Assembly: GCA_015680685.1 (NCBI GenBank)
Contig: MNCI01002351.1
Location: forward strand, 1 to 64,000
Direction: 5' to 3'
Length of the DNA: 64,000 nt
Source: Gnetum montanum
Taxonomy: Eukaryota; Plantae; Gnetophyta
In this document: in pieces, positions 1-14,297 of the stretch
Position numbering within the stretch: the first letter of the stretch is position 1
How the letters are laid out: every line of letters begins with the position of its first letter
The notes under the pieces: model-generated
The model's input: only the letters and a program-made list of their open reading frames with translations
Databases searched by the model: none
Told to the model about the DNA's origin: nothing
Program-made: the position numbers and the translations under genes

Positions 1-3000
1 GGCTAGGTTGTGATTATGATGGATGAATTTTGATAATAGTATTAGCGGGAAGGCTAAAAAATATGGTGGAATAGATAAGTAGTCCATTAAATTTGCAAAA
101 GTTCAAAAGCAAGGAAATGCTTAAAGAGTGTTTAAGAATTCACAACAGTAAATATAAAAGGTTTCATTGAAAAATGTTGTGAATATGTGCACAACTGGAT
201 GTCATTGATAAGGTAAAAAAAAAGGATTTTATTGTAAGAGTATCTAAGGATAAAGAACTTAACTAACCAAACCAAAAGATATGCAAGTGCGTCCTTTCCA
301 AAGTAGACACATGCCTTTTATTACCCTTGCATAACATCAAATTGAGGAGTCTATGAGCCGTGTATATGATTAATGGTTACAAAAGGTTAAGTACAAAAAC
401 CTGGAAGAAGCTACCTAATAATTTTGACACATCAAACTAGGACATCAAACAAGAACATGAAATCAATAGTGAGGTGAGACATGAAAAGCATAGATGGATG
501 AGAGAGAGTGTGGAATGGAGTTCTTGATTAAGGTTACATGAAGTCCCTTGTGAATTTTATGGTTAAATGACTTGATAAGATCCATCCTTAGTTTAGACCA
601 AAACCAACCACATTCAGTGACTTTGCATTATCATTCTAAGACCAGTCCACCCCCTTGAGACACAAGAGTGCTTCTACAAAACAACCAACATTCCTTATTA
701 GAGAAGAAAAGAGAAGGATGAAGTGAGGAAGGGCCTTAGTTAGAGGGGACCTTTAGGCATGGGTAACATGTCTTTCTAGGCCCATAACTAATGCTTGTAG
801 CCTTTTTATTTTGTCTGAGTGTGCTTTGAATTCCCATCATTTTTTGCTTTTGTTTTTTTGAAATGGAAACCACACCATGTAAAGAATTATTCATTTATTG
901 TGTCTAAGGGATGTTCTTTAAATTCCCATTGTTTGTTTGTTTTTTGATGAGAACCACATCATGAAAAGACTTATTCAACTTCCTTTTATTGGCCAACATG
1001 AAATGGTAAGAAATCCATGAAAACATTCATGCATCCAAGTAAGCAAAAAGGCATAAAGAGTACCAAATCCCCTTGAAATCACACCCTATTTAAATGTTTG
1101 AATCGTTTCCAAATCTAGAAACTACCAAAGCCACAAATTTTTCATAGTTTTGTTAATAAAAAAGGGACTTCTTATTTCCAAAACAAGGAAAACCATAGAG
1201 TTTGTGGATGGGTGAATGTTGTGGACTCACTACCTATTTTAGGAAGAAGAAACCATGTCCTAATTGTAGTGACCAACAACATTGATGGTTGGAACATTGA
1301 GGTTCATGGGCACACAACCTAACCCTAAATCTATATGAGGGTCTACTAGAGGTAGAGATGTGCCCTAAATAGTATTTTTGATCGAATAGGGACTTATTAG
1401 ATGCAACTAGGGTGTAGTATGATTAGCTATGATGCTGACACAAAATGGTGCTAAGTGTTCAAGTAGTGTCAATGGTGTTAATGATGTCGATCATAGTCAA
1501 GATTTTTAATGAAAATCAGGATGTCAATGTATGGAGACCATTACCCAAATGTGGTTTTAGGTATGACTATGTGGTGAAATAGTGAAAAATGCAAACAAAG
1601 TGATAAAAATACAAAGAGAGAGAGACAGAGAAGTGGAACACCACCCCAAATGGGGTTCAATGTAGTTAACACCAAAAGGGATTAGAAGGTACATAGTGTA
1701 CAACAGGTGTAGTGGACAGTGTAGTCATAGTCTTGGATGTGTCTAGCCATGAAGATTGGAATTCTACTAAGGTGCTTACATCTTTTGGGTTGACTGTTGT
1801 GGTGTACCATAGGCTGTGGTATTCTAGTGGACTACGGTTGGCTATGGTGATCTACAACTTCACCAATATGCCTTTGGTTCTCTCCCAAGAACTTCTTAGA
1901 TTTTCTCTCACCAAGAGAATATCCAACCTTGAAATTTGCTAATGTTTAAATTTTTTCCAACCTTAAAAATGTTGAGGGCATTGGGTATTTATAGGCCTAA
2001 GGTTAGCATGAAATGCAAAAAGACTACCACATGGAAAAGGGGATGGTTGGGACTATGTTGTCACCCAACTACACTCTACACTAGGCTGGGTGATGATGTG
2101 CTCTACTATGCTCTATCGAATTCTACAAGAAAAAACTATGACTATGTTGCCAACCACATGTGCATGTCGAGAAAACTACAAGGTGCCTAAAAATGCCACT
2201 TTGGAGACTACGCTCTCCACTGTCTTGCATAGGGTCAAGCATAGGTACAATTTTAGGCCAAAAGGGGATACAAAAAGAAGCATTTTGATGACTACACTTG
2301 TCGAAGGTGAGTTCAAGCTAAGCTGAGTACTAGTGCTATGTTGTGGATGCCACTAGAGGCTATTCTTGTTGACTATGCTTGACTACGCTTTGGAATGGGG
2401 GAGAGCATAGTCCCACACTTAGAAATAATTTGTGAAACTTGGCATTCATACTAACTACACTCTTTGCTAGAGGCTAACTATGCTCTAGGGTAGTGGAGAA
2501 CGTAGTCTCAACACTTGAAAAAAATTATAGAAAACCAACTTTTGTGCTAACTACACTCTCCTAAGGGTTAACTACACTCTGAAGTAGTGGAGAGTATAGC
2601 CCCAACACTTATAAAAATTTGTAGTTGTGATGCCATAGTTTAGATTTGGTGGTGTTTCACTAAATATTTATAACAAAATTCAATGCTAGAATCCAAACAT
2701 CATCAATCAAATAATTGAATAGTACATACCACCATCAAGCAACGAATTACCACTATGCCTGGTACTTATTAACAAAAAGTTATAAAATCACACTAGAATA
2801 AAAGAAAATATAAAAGAAAGTGTAAAATATTCAAGAAATAGAAAATGTACTAAAGATGTTGTAAAAAAACTAAAAAAAGATTAAGAACATGAAACAAGAA
2901 AATGTAAAATGAAGAATGTGTAAACCAAAAAGGGTGAAAAAATAAGGAGCTACTTATATAGTTAGCATAGATGGCCATCTCTTCCATGACTGAGTTCAAA

Positions 3001-3210
3001 GGAGAAGATTCAAAATATTGAACGTGGTTATTCATCCATCAAGATGTTTATTATATTTGCTAGCTTATGCTTGTGGAAAGGTTTGACTTGTTGTATGTTA
3101 ACCAATTGTTTCTTGTTTGGGCTCTTAGGTGTGTAGATCATCATGTTTCCAAAAGAAAAATTTTCATAAATTATATAGGGTCTTTTCCTCAATATTTAAT
3201 GATTGTGATC
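1..3210 (-). mobile_element. Fragment of Athila-like Ty3/gypsy element (integrase 3' end plus post-pol non-coding region), interrupted by a solo LTR
   Basis: The reverse complement matches the plus-strand element at about 7500-8950, e.g. gtgtgctttgaattccc (819) vs gggaattcaaagcacac (8463) and ggactcactacc (1223) vs ggcagtgagtcc (8028). Minus-strand 3070-3200 resembles the integrase C-terminus at 7500-7620 (QLVNIQQVKPF). Confidence 0.7.
1265..2659 (-). mobile_element. Solo LTR of the Tat/Ogre-like family
   Basis: TG...CA ends. The left end resembles 31491ff and 50019ff, and the right end ggtgtttca matches 51272-51280. Minus-strand TATA at about 1985. Flanks ctaat/ctaaa give a 4/5 TSD match. 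No PPT or PBS is adjacent. Confidence 0.75.
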
Positions 3211-3212
3211 GA

Positions 3213-6200
3213 CATAGGAGGAAGGAAGCTAAATGTGCCTACCATAAAGATAAAGGCAAAGTTTCTATAGCAGAACAAGTTGCAGACTCTGATATAGAAG
3301 GAGATGATGAATGTGACATATGCCAATACGAACATCCTAAGGGGTGTTATCCCATAGTGTCACATTTACAAGAGTCTAGGGTGTATGTGTTGAATCCTCA
3401 CTTGGCAAAGAGGCAAACACCCCAAAGGTTGCCTTACCCACAAGGAAATCCTAGGCATTTCCACCAATAGCAAGGATATTATCCAAGTGGAGTACCATCG
3501 CAACCTTATGAATATTTTCAACAATGGTAGCAACCACAATTGTGGGGGATGCCACCTCCAAGGTAGCAATACCCTTACCGACAGCCAGATCCCTATGGGT
3601 ACTATGTCTAACAACCAGTCTCCACGTGGGACTCTTCTAGTCACATGAACTTTCAGAATTATTACCACCCCCAGGAATACTTTTGAGCATAGTCTTCATC
3701 ACCTAGGGGGCAGAGCCCACATCTCTACTATCCTCCATCACCTTCTCCTACCATCCCTACTTAGCAACATCCCACTCAGCTACCACCTACTCCACCTATG
3801 CAAGGAGAAATACCACCACAGCCATAGCAACGTAATGTTATGAGGGTTGTCAACTTACAACCCACTCCTTAGCCAAGTGGGCTGGAAGTGAAGCCACAGA
3901 AACATCCCTTTTCTAGCCTAACAACCCAAACATACCCTCTCACACACCCATGGCTGGTGCCTCTAAACCTCCAATCACCTCCAACGTTCCACCCTTCTAG
4001 AATCCTTCAAATCAAACGCCCTCTAATGTACAGATCGTCATGCTCACATATGTTGTGATGGACTAGATAAAGGTAGGCCATCTTTCTCAAAAACTGACTA
4101 ATTTGGGAAGCCCCCTCATCTATTTCAAGTGGCAGGAAATGAGCCATGTAAAGCTCTTCTAGATTCAGGGTCAAGAGTCAACTTGATTTCACATGACATG
4201 TACAAGACTTGGAACCTACCCCTATTAAAGAAGAGCAACATTTGGCTTGAGTTGGAAGACTAATCCATTACTGTTTTCTTAGGATTGGTGGAAGACATTG
4301 TGACCACCATTTGTGATCCTATCCTACCGAATTCCTTATCATTCATGTTAAGAATTGCAAGGGAAACTTTCCAATCATAATGGGACGAGCCTGGCTGAGC
4401 ATAGTGAATGCAAGATTAGGACTCCGAGATCTTTCCCTTGAAATTTAAAAGGAAAATCCTTTTGGAAAGATCGATAAAAAGTGCATTCCATGCATCGTGT
4501 ACAGTGACTCTAGGTGCAATTGTGTGCAGCAGCTGTGGTCCACTAAGCGGACATCTATTCAAGCATGTAGTCGGTGTACCAAGGAATTGCAGGTTCAACA
4601 ATGCCTGTACGCAATAGCCACAAATCAAGAAGACATCCAGTGGCTGACCATTGATCCTACTAGCAGCACTTCGTGCATGGAACCATATAAGGGGCTTTTA
4701 CGTGCCTATGTAGAGATCATGGATGATGTGGAAAAGGTCCATCAACAAGCAGCACTTTATGTTGATGATCGTGATTATTGGAGAAAGTTACAAATCCCTA
4801 AAAATTTTAAATAGAAGCCCTTGGAACTCAAATCCTTACTGGCCCATTTATAATATGCATTTTTTCAGAATGGGAAGCTGGTGATTATCAATGCCACCCT
4901 TGCTCTTGAGAAAAAGAATAAGTTGCTAAAGGTGGTGAACAAATGGGAGGCTACTTTTGCATGGTCATATCTTGAATTGATGAGAGTTGATCTTAGGGTC
5001 TTCCAACATCGAATTTATATCAACCCCTCCATGAAGCCACAACGACAACCACAAAGGCGGTTGAACCTCAAATTGAAGCAGGTCATCAAAGATGAAATCG
5101 AGCAGTTGCTGAAAGTGGTTCATCTACTCCATTGCCAATAGCGAATGGGTTAGCCCACTCATTATTGTGCCAAAGAAGGATGGAAAATGGAGGGTCTGTA
5201 TAGATTTCTGATTGCTCAACATGGCTACCTTCAAAGATCAATTCCTACACCCATTTGTGGACCAAGTGTTGGATACCATCACGGGGCATTGTTATTATAG
5301 CTTTTTGGATAGTTATAATGGCTATAACCAAATCCAAATTGCGCTAGAAGAATAGACCAAGACAACATTTACAAGTCCCTGGGGGACTTTTGCATACAAA
5401 AAGATGCCCTTTGGCTTGTGTAATGCGCCTACCAGTTTCCAATGCCTTGTCCTCAACATCTTCCAATAGAAAATTGGCAACGGGGTAGAAGTCTTCATGG
5501 ATGACTTCTCTAGCTATGGAGCCATGTTTGATCAAGCCTTGGACCACCTTGAGAAATTTTTGAAAAGATGTGTGGAAACTAATCTATGGCTCAACTGGTA
5601 AAAGAGCCACTTAATGGTCCAAGAGGGCAATGTTCTAGGGCACCGTATTTTACAAGTAGGGATTAGTATGGATCCTAAAAAAATTAGCGTCATCCAAGGA
5701 ATCATCAAGCAACCAAGCACTGTTCAGTCATTCCTTGGCCAAACTGGTTACTATCGGTGCCTCATTAAAAATTTCTCAAAGATCGCCAAGCCATTGGTGG
5801 AACTCAAAAAGAAAGATGCTCCGTTCCTATGGACCAGGGAATGTGAATCTGGATTCCTAACGCTTAAACAAAAACTTGTAGAAACTCAAATTCTATGGGC
5901 ACCTGATTGGTCCAAACCCTTCCACATCATGACAAATGCATCCAACTATGTGTTGGGAGCTATGCTTACAAAGTGGGATGACTAGAATGCCCATAATATA
6001 TTCACTGTGCAAGCCGTAGCATTGTGGGTGCTTAGCTTAACTACATCACCACCAAAAAATAGTTAATGGTGGTGGTGTTTACCTAGAAAAGTTCTAACAC
6101 TATGTGCTCGGGTACAAGGTGTTTGTGCATACTGACCATAGTGTCATTTGGTTCTTCATGAACAAACCAACAGTGAGCCCCCGTATCATATGGTGATTGG

Positions 6201-7658
6201 TGATTCTTTAGGAATTCGACCTCACAATGGTAGACCAAAAGGGAACCAAGAATTTGGTTGCTGACCACTTTTCTCAGTTATGATGGGATGGCGTAGAAGA
6301 GGAGGAGCCACTCTCTGACAAATTTCCAGATGAACTTCTCTTTGCAAGAGCAATTGATAAGTAGATGCCCAAAGAATCACCTTGGTTCAGTCGCATCCTC
6401 ACCTATCTCACAATCCAAGAATTGCCAAAGTAGTGAGATGATCAGTAGAAACAACAGTTTCTCCATAAGGGCAAGTGCTTCATGGAAATCAACAACCACC
6501 TTTATAAGGTATCTGCAGATGGCCTGCTTCGATGGTGCGTCCCTAATGACGATACATTGTGCGTCCTCCAAGATGCTCACAAGGGCCCTTTTAGGGGCCA
6601 CTATGTTGGATGACACACAACCATTAAGATTCTGCTTGCAGGATATTACTAGCCTACAATTTTTAGGGATGCACAATGGTTCACCTACTCCTACGAATGA
6701 TGTCAGAGAGATGGTGGGATGATTGCACAAATGGAGGAACCTCAACAATGGATCCACCCATTGGAGCCCTTTGACATTTGGGGCATCAACTTCATTGGTC
6801 CCATCACACCCATGCCCAAAGGAAAGACATACATCATCATCATTGTTGACTACTGCACAAAGTGCGTAGAGGTGGCAACTGTCATCAACTGTTCCTCAAA
6901 TACCACCACACAGTTTATCCAATGGTAAATCATAAACAGTTTTGGAGTGCCACATGCACTCATCTCAGACAATGGAACACATTTCATGGGCATCACTTTT
7001 CATAAACTCATGCAACACTTGGGGGTTACTCATAAATTTACAACACCTTATCATCCCCAAGCCAATAGGCAAGCCAAATTCACCAATAGAGAGATTACCA
7101 AAATCCTCACTTGAACCATCAGTAAATATAAGAGGGACTGGAGCACCAAACTTAACAATGCCCTTTGGGCCTATCGCTCCACCTAGAAACTTCCTATAGG
7201 TTACTCCCCTTATGAGTTAGTGTATGGTAAGCTACCAAAACTTTCAATCTGGGCAGAAGTCCAAACACTATCTATAGCTAGTAACTTGGGCCTTGACATG
7301 CCACTAGCACAACATGAACAACTTATCAACTTAAGTGTGCTAGATGAGAATCGATTAGTGGCCCTATCATCAAATGAGATACACAAGGCCTACAATAAAA
7401 TATGTCATGATCTTAGGATTCGAAAGGTAACATTTAGATGTGGAGATAAGGTACTCTACTAGAACCCCCCACATGTACTACAATGTACCAAGTTTCAAAC
7501 ATTGTGGTAGGGATCCTACATTGTCTCCAAAACCTTTTCATCTGGGGCCTTGCTTATACACAAAACTGAGGACCCATGAGAACACAGTTGGTCAATAGGC
7601 AATAATTAAAACCTTTCCATGAACTCCATCAAACCAGTGCTATCACCTTATCATCATA
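3213..7658 (+). pseudogene. Degenerate gag (3' part)-pol of the Athila-like element
   Basis: CDICQYEHPKG knuckle (about 3312), protease KALLDSG (about 4150), RT EVFMDDFS (about 5490), SFLGQTGYYR, RNase H KPFHIMTNASNYVLGAML, integrase PFDIWGINFIGP and ISDNGTHF. Many stops and frameshifts. Confidence 0.9.
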
Positions 7659-9494
7659 GGGACAGCCTCATTCCATTTTTTGGGTCTCCTTTGTGGGGAG
7701 ACCGTATGCCATGCTAATCCACTCTACTAAGCTCCTCACCATTTTTGAAACTTTTTTGTTTTCCAACATTGTTCGTATGTTTGCCAATTCTTACTCAATT
7801 TTTCTTTCTTTAATTACTTTTCTATTTCTTTATTTGCTCATGTCTATATGTGTGTGTGTGTGTTTAATTTCTAGTTGGTTACTAATAAATCATCTTATTG
7901 TAATTAGATATGTGTGTGGTTGGTTTTCGTTGCGATGGGTCATGTGAAATGGTCCACCTATTCTATCTCACTCCTTCCCTCACATTGTTGTTCTTGGAAT
8001 TTACATCTACTTTCATATCATAAAACTGGCAGTGAGTCCATGTCATCCACTCATTCATCCACTCCATAATTTTCCTTCCATTGAAAACCTGCAAACCCCC
8101 TTCACTTAAAAACATTTTAATTAATGTGTGACTTGTGTAGTTTTTAGACTTGGGGATGACCCAATGGTTTGAATCAAGTGTGACTTTAAGGGGAATGCAA
8201 CATTCATCGTACTTTTTTGTCCCTTGGATTGTGAAAGTGTCCTCACGGATTTCTTACCACTCCAAGTTCTTTTATACAAGGAAGCTCCTTGGCAATTTGA
8301 CCTTGCATGGTATGGTCCTCATTGCAAAAACATAAAAAATAATGTCAAAAAAACATGAGGATTCAAAGCACACCCCTTAGTCGAATGCATGCAAACCAAC
8401 ATGGGTCTTTGCATGGTGTGGTTCCCACAAAAATAAAAATAAAAATAAAATAATAACTATGTGGGAATTCAAAGCACACCCCTTAGACTACCTCTCACGG
8501 GCCACAAGCACTAGTTATGGGACTTGCTTCGTCCCTACTAACTTAGTCCCATTTTACTTCTTTCTTATCACGCATGTTGGAGTGGTGGTTCTCTATGAAT
8601 GCAATCTTGTGCTCTTGGGGGTGGACGAGTCTTCACATGTTGCTGCGATGTCATTGTATGTGGTTGGTTTTGGGTCTAAACTCAGGAAAGGTCCTACTGG
8701 GTTACTTAATCACAACTTCACACAGGGTTTCATGTGATCAATAACTGAAATTCCAATTTCCACTCCTATCTCTCTTCACCCATTTCTCTCCATAACTAAA
8801 CTCCCTACCAATCTTATGTTTTGATGGTTTGTCATGATTTTTGAGAACTCCTCATGCTTCGGCAGGTTCTCATGGATGAAAGTATTAACTTGTGATCACC
8901 ATTCATTGACTCTAGGGTCCACGAACTCCGATGTTGATGATATGCAAGGGCTACTAAGGCTACTGCCTGCTATGGAGAGGACCCACCTGCATATCCCTAG
9001 TTTCGTTTGTTAGTCTCCCATCATCTTGATATTGTTAGTTGATTGTTTTTGCACTTCCCATTGCTTGAATTCTTCTCCGCCAAGTTCTTTCTCACAACAT
9101 TCTCATACCTTTGACTCTTTTTCTCGTCCCACTTACCTTCCTCTTTCTCTCAGCTGAATTCCTGGTCTCTCAAGCTCTTCAACTATCCTAATTTGACATT
9201 TTAATTCAATTTTTTAGGCTTTTTATTATCTGGTCAATGTTGGTCAATGCTCACAACCCCCTATGTTGACTAGGACTCATATACGCAGCCCCCTACATAT
9301 ACGCGGCCTCGTCGACACAATGCAAAAACTTTATATATAACCCTATTGCACTCTGAATTTCTGGCCATTTTTCACACAAGTTGAGGGAATATTTTCCATT
9401 TTTCTACCTCACTTCTTCTTCCCAAGCACCTACGTTTTCTATTACATGTCCGAATCAACCTATCCTTCCCCTCTTTTGCAACTGGAGGTATGCT

Positions 9495-9526
9495 CTCAGT
9501 CGTGGGGGGGGGGGGGGGGGGTGGGG
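9495..9526 (+). repeat. Internal copy of the polypurine tract with an expanded G18 run
   Basis: ctcagtcgt-G18-tgggg. The same ctcagtcgtggggg precedes the 3' LTR at 12840-12853. Confidence 0.7.
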
Positions 9527-9777
9527 TCTATAGAATAATTAATTAATTAAAATTATAATTATTAAAGGTGTAACACCTCTTAAGAGAAGAAACAAAAACA
9601 ATAGTTTAACCTACAACTCAGCCTCATTATTTTTGTTTCTAAACCATCAACTAATACTTCAAGAAATTTAATGGGATGCATGTGCTAGTACCATAACTTA
9701 TTCAAAATGAGAAGGTGTATGAGGGCCATTTTGAGCAACTTATGCACAATTTAATTAAGGGTTATGTTTGATTGCAA

Positions 9778-12611
9778 ATGGCACTGAAACCAAGGCATCC
9801 AAGAAAAGAAGGACCATCACAACTAAGGGAGAAGCGACCAAGAACGGGAAGAGGACGAGGTGTGTGGCACCTAGAGCACATGGAGGGCTCCCATGCAATT
9901 GGCCCCCTCCACGAAGGACCTAATGTGGAATCTATTCACCATATTCCTGAAGAGGAGATCCCCAACAAACAATCAAGGGGATGAGACTCCGGCGATAGTG
10001 CCATGGCTTGAGGTCACCTTGACCCAACCATGTCTTGACGCTATTAGGCCAAGGGAGGTGCAATGAATGGTCCTGCAAGAGTTAAACTTCAGAACATTTC
10101 TAGAGAATGCACCATAAGATGTGAAGATCCAATTGCAAAACTCTCCTATGTGGCCAATCATCACATCTAGTGGTGAATGATATTTAGGAGATACTTATCT
10201 CTTTTGGACAGATTGGCAATCGGGGTCCAGAGTAAGAATCAAGGACATTTATGTCTCTTACTCTGCAAGAGCGATCGCACAAGCTCTTGGGTTGCCAGAG
10301 ACTAGAGCTAATGTTGTAGAGATCCCTTAGCAAGCAGATCCTGAGGTAAAAGGGGAGTGGATCGTAATGAGTTTGGCACTTTGACCACCATAGAAAGGGT
10401 ATATTCAAAAACTACATCTTACCATTTGAATCCAACGGTAAGGCCCAGCAAGATCACTACCTTCTCTGCTCATGCATGTGCCACTCTAAGTAGAAAATTC
10501 CTAATGAGGCTTCCATAATTTTTGTTCTTGGAGATTGAAAAAAGGTTCACTAAAAGTGAACATGGAAGGTGGGCTCTACCCTTTTCCTTCTTAATCAAGA
10601 AATTATGCAAATAGGTAGGAATAGCATGATACATCAATGATATACTTTAGCACAGCCCTTGACTATCTCATGGCGGGAGATGATGAAAGATAAGACTCCA
10701 GCCACCACATGAACTAAGGAAGATCAACAACCACCTCCATCGCTTGTGCAAACAATGAGGTTAGGTTCACAAACAATTACACAACATATACGTGAGATCC
10801 AACAATCACTCTTGAGCCAACAAGAGCAATCTGTAGGGTTTAGTGGAGGAGAAGACCCTTTAGTCTATCGCCCTGCAATGAGCCATCTAGAGCAAGTGGC
10901 TCAATCAATGAGTCTACTAGAGGGAGCAGGGTCGATGTTCTCTATTGCTCGGACACAAGTACCTCCAAGAACTGATCCTAGTGTCTGAGAAGTAATGGTC
11001 TCCACCCAACAATTATTTCCTGAAATTTCAAGAAATATTGCTACTTTTTCAATACACTTGGAGGATGGAGAGGGGGAAACTGTCCTAGTAATGCAACACC
11101 AAGGATAAGAAATTATGGCTGAAGTGGTTGCTAACATGATTGCTATAGCCCTCAATGCACTAGCAGCACCTATACCAGATGTACATGGACTTGAAGATAT
11201 ATAGGTGTCTATAAGAACTTCACGTTGTAGGATCGATGTAGCCCAACATGAAGAACTATTGGACTTACTAGTGGGAACCAGGCAACCACTTATGAATGTC
11301 TTTGATCTTCCAAACAACATTACTACAACCCAACAGGAGCTGCTCTTAGTAAGGGGCAAGAGCCTCATCTTGGAGGAACAACTTGAAGTAGCTCAAGCAA
11401 ATTGTCAACACTTGGCAATGGAAGTTGCCCAATTAAAGGCCTAGCTTGCTGATCTAGCTCTACTCAACCATGAATTCACCAGAGATGAAGCTTTTCAACA
11501 GCTTCAAGCCAAACTTCAGACGGTTGAAGAGGAGTGAGAGTCAAAAATCTTTGACAAGTCCTTGACAAACGCTCACACATATCATCTAAACAAGGACTTG
11601 GTGGAGAGTCACCAAGAGAATGTCAGGCTGACCATGGAATTTCATTGCCTGCACAATGTTGGTGTTGAAAATCAACACATGAAAGACTTTATCCATCAAC
11701 AACAGGAAGAGCTAGCTAGGGTGAAATCTTATGTGAGGAGATTGGCCACCAAAAATCAAAATCTATCTATGGACGAGGTTTGAGCCTTGCGACAGAAATC
11801 AGCTATCGAAATCGCCGCTTGGAAAAATGAAGCCCTTAAGTTTGAAAAGGTTAAAAATCATTATAGGGACCAAGTGGGATTGCAGAAGAAAGTAAATGAA
11901 AAGCATATTCAAGTTGCAAAGGCCAAAATAAACCAAGTGCTCCAATAGCTCCAAGAAGGAGGTGAGGTGTGGCAACCCATCTTTGATGGATTGAACGCCT
12001 ACAACCAAGCTAAGATCCACCTCAAGGACCTGAAAATTGAAGAAATGACAGGGTACATGGAGTTGGCCAACCTCCATTATGCAAACCTGGCTATGCTAAT
12101 AGCTGGGAGGCCACAGTCTGACCTAGAGAACCAAGTGACCACCTTGTACTCTTTATACGAGAGTGAGTTCCAAGTGCATAAAGCGATAAAACAGAAATTG
12201 GAAACAACAAATGCAAAACTCAAGGTTCTCCGCACGCATTTTGAAGGGCAACATGCGATCACTAAGAACTTGGCTTGATGAATGAATGACTACCAGTAGC
12301 TGCAGACATCAATCTGAGCATTTGACATTGAATGAAAATAGTTCACGACCTAGTTTGTCAATATGAAATAACTCTTTCCTACACTTCAATGCTCTTCAGA
12401 GGTTCTAGTCCCAACACACATTAGTGAAGCTGCTTGGATAGTGAATGATCCCAGAAGCAAAAAAGAGAAAATGAGGGCTTTCTTGGAGGCTTTTCGGTTG
12501 CCTCCAGAAGTTGCAGTTGCTATGGGACAACCATGATCCACACCACCATTGCCACATGCACTAGGGGCTAGTGAAGGTTCATCAGAACCACTGCCACCAA
12601 GGATGGTGTGA
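9778..12611 (+). pseudogene. Degenerate Athila-type extra (env-like) ORF with a long coiled-coil C-terminal half
   Basis: ATG at 9778 (MALKPRHPRKEGPSQ...). ORF-track fragments 10746-12278 are colinear and E/Q/L-rich. It lies between pol and the PPT, the usual position in Athila elements. Confidence 0.7.
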
Positions 12612-12855
12612 TCTTCTCTAGCAATTTTTGCATCTTTCAGCATAGTAAAGAATTCAGTATCGTCGGGGTGTTCAATTTTGTCTCTAAACACCACCATTTT
12701 GTAATCCATTCTTCTCTATACACTCAGGCACTTGGTGTGTCAGTAAAGTTAGTGTCTTTGTAGATGTGTTGTGTCATGTGTGTTGTAATAAGAACTTCAT
12801 ACCTTCCAAATTGTAATGAAACTCGAGGATGAGTTTTCACTCAGTCGTGGGGGTA

Positions 12856-13757
12856 TGATGAAGTGCTCATCAGTCGATGTGTCGACTAAGCCATGTATAC
12901 GGGGCCCCGTATATGCAACCGTGTCGATGCGGCCCCATTGATGCATCTGTCCATGTGCCTACGTGGCCTTGTTTACACAGCGTCTATTCTAACCTATAAA
13001 TAAGTGTGCTTCCACCACACTTAGGTATCTTTTTGGTATTTGTAGTGAAGCTCTTGTAGTTTGTTTCCGCGAGAGTTAGAATATTTTTCAAGTGCCCACA
13101 GTAGCTGTAAGAAAGGTGTCTAGCTCTTTATTCAAGCACTAATGTACTTGAGCCATTGGTGTGACCGAAAATAAAGATGAGCTTTTCAAGCATTCCTTGC
13201 AGCAATTGGATTTAGTCACTTAAGTATTTAATAGTTTAATATTTCTATGTTTTAATAATTCCTTAAGTTTTTATTGTTATTGCTTTAATCGTCATCGCTC
13301 TTTTATATCTTGTAAAAACCATAAGTATGACCATCTCGAACGTAAACCCAACACTTGGCAACCTAGTGATGCTTAACGTCAGGTAACCCAGTAGTCGTTA
13401 GGGGATGCTCAGGATGTGCACGGAAGATGGGATCGGATTCTTATGCTAGGAAGAGTTAAGAGATAGATTAGAATAATTATAGATTACGTAATATTCTATT
13501 CCTTACATTTCATTTCAAGAATTAGACTTTAGAAGATAAAGAGAAAAGCCATAAAAATCATTTACCTCAATCTCACTTAACCATCGCATTAGAACACCAT
13601 AAGTGAAGTTGGAAAGACAATGACCATTCTAACACAAGGTTTTGCTGGTTAGGGTGTGGTGTATGCAAAGTGCTTACAGTCTATGGAATTCGATTCAGTT
13701 GCGTGTGAACGTCAATGATTCGTATGGTTGAGCGTAGGGGTACGTCGCTGCTCATCA
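12856..13757 (+). repeat. 3' LTR (902 bp) of the Athila-like element
   Basis: Starts TGATGA directly after the PPT gtcgtgggggta, has TATAAAT at about 12995 and ends CTCATCA. The last 35 bp or so match the LTR end at 24423-24458. Confidence 0.9.
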
Positions 13758-14297
13758 AACAACAACACTAATATTGAAAAGGAGAAGGGTTATAGGATGG
13801 GGAAAATGATGAGGATGGAATCAGAGAAGCAAAGGAGGAAGAAGCTTTTTTTCTCCTTTCTTGCAGAAAGCCTTTTATAGGGCTTTTTCTTTTATGCTTG
13901 AGAAGACCTTTTATAAGGCTTTCTCCTTTTCCTGTTGCTTCTCTTCCTTTTATGGGAAAAGAGGAAGTGGCCACATATCCTCCCACTTGGTCATCATGCA
14001 TAAATTGCTTTGCCAAGTGTAGTGCAATAGAGATCCTTTGCCAAGTGTGGTGCAATAGAGATCTTCTCAGGAATCACCAGATTTCTTTCGTGATCTAAAA
14101 CTCTTTGTTTTTCTTCATATTTGCTACTTGTCCAAGTAAGAAAATTAAAGTATTTATGAAAAAAATCATAGATTTCAATCAAGGGAGAAAGCATTTTTTT
14201 ATTTACTAAATATAAGCCAATCTGCTCATCAAATCTTGGAAGAAAAATTTTTATAAACAAAAATATGAAGGAACCAAGTCCTTTGGGGCACGTAATA
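13758..14297 (-). mobile_element. Probable LTR remnant of an unrelated element
   Basis: Minus-strand TATAAAAGG twice (about 13875 and 13912), short internal duplications, and an end reading T(A)TTACGTGCCCC on the minus strand, like a mutated TGTTAC LTR start. Confidence 0.35.

Larger units (their letters stand above)
3213..13757 (+). mobile_element. Athila-like Ty3/gypsy LTR retrotransposon, 5' LTR and gag 5' end missing
   Basis: Order is gag knuckle-PR-RT-RH-INT, then a long non-coding region, an env-like ORF, PPT and an LTR with TGATGA...TCATCA ends. Confidence 0.9.

Noticed and set aside
1712-2326. Cluster of short plus-strand ORFs
   Set aside because: They lie within a solo LTR and show no protein motifs.
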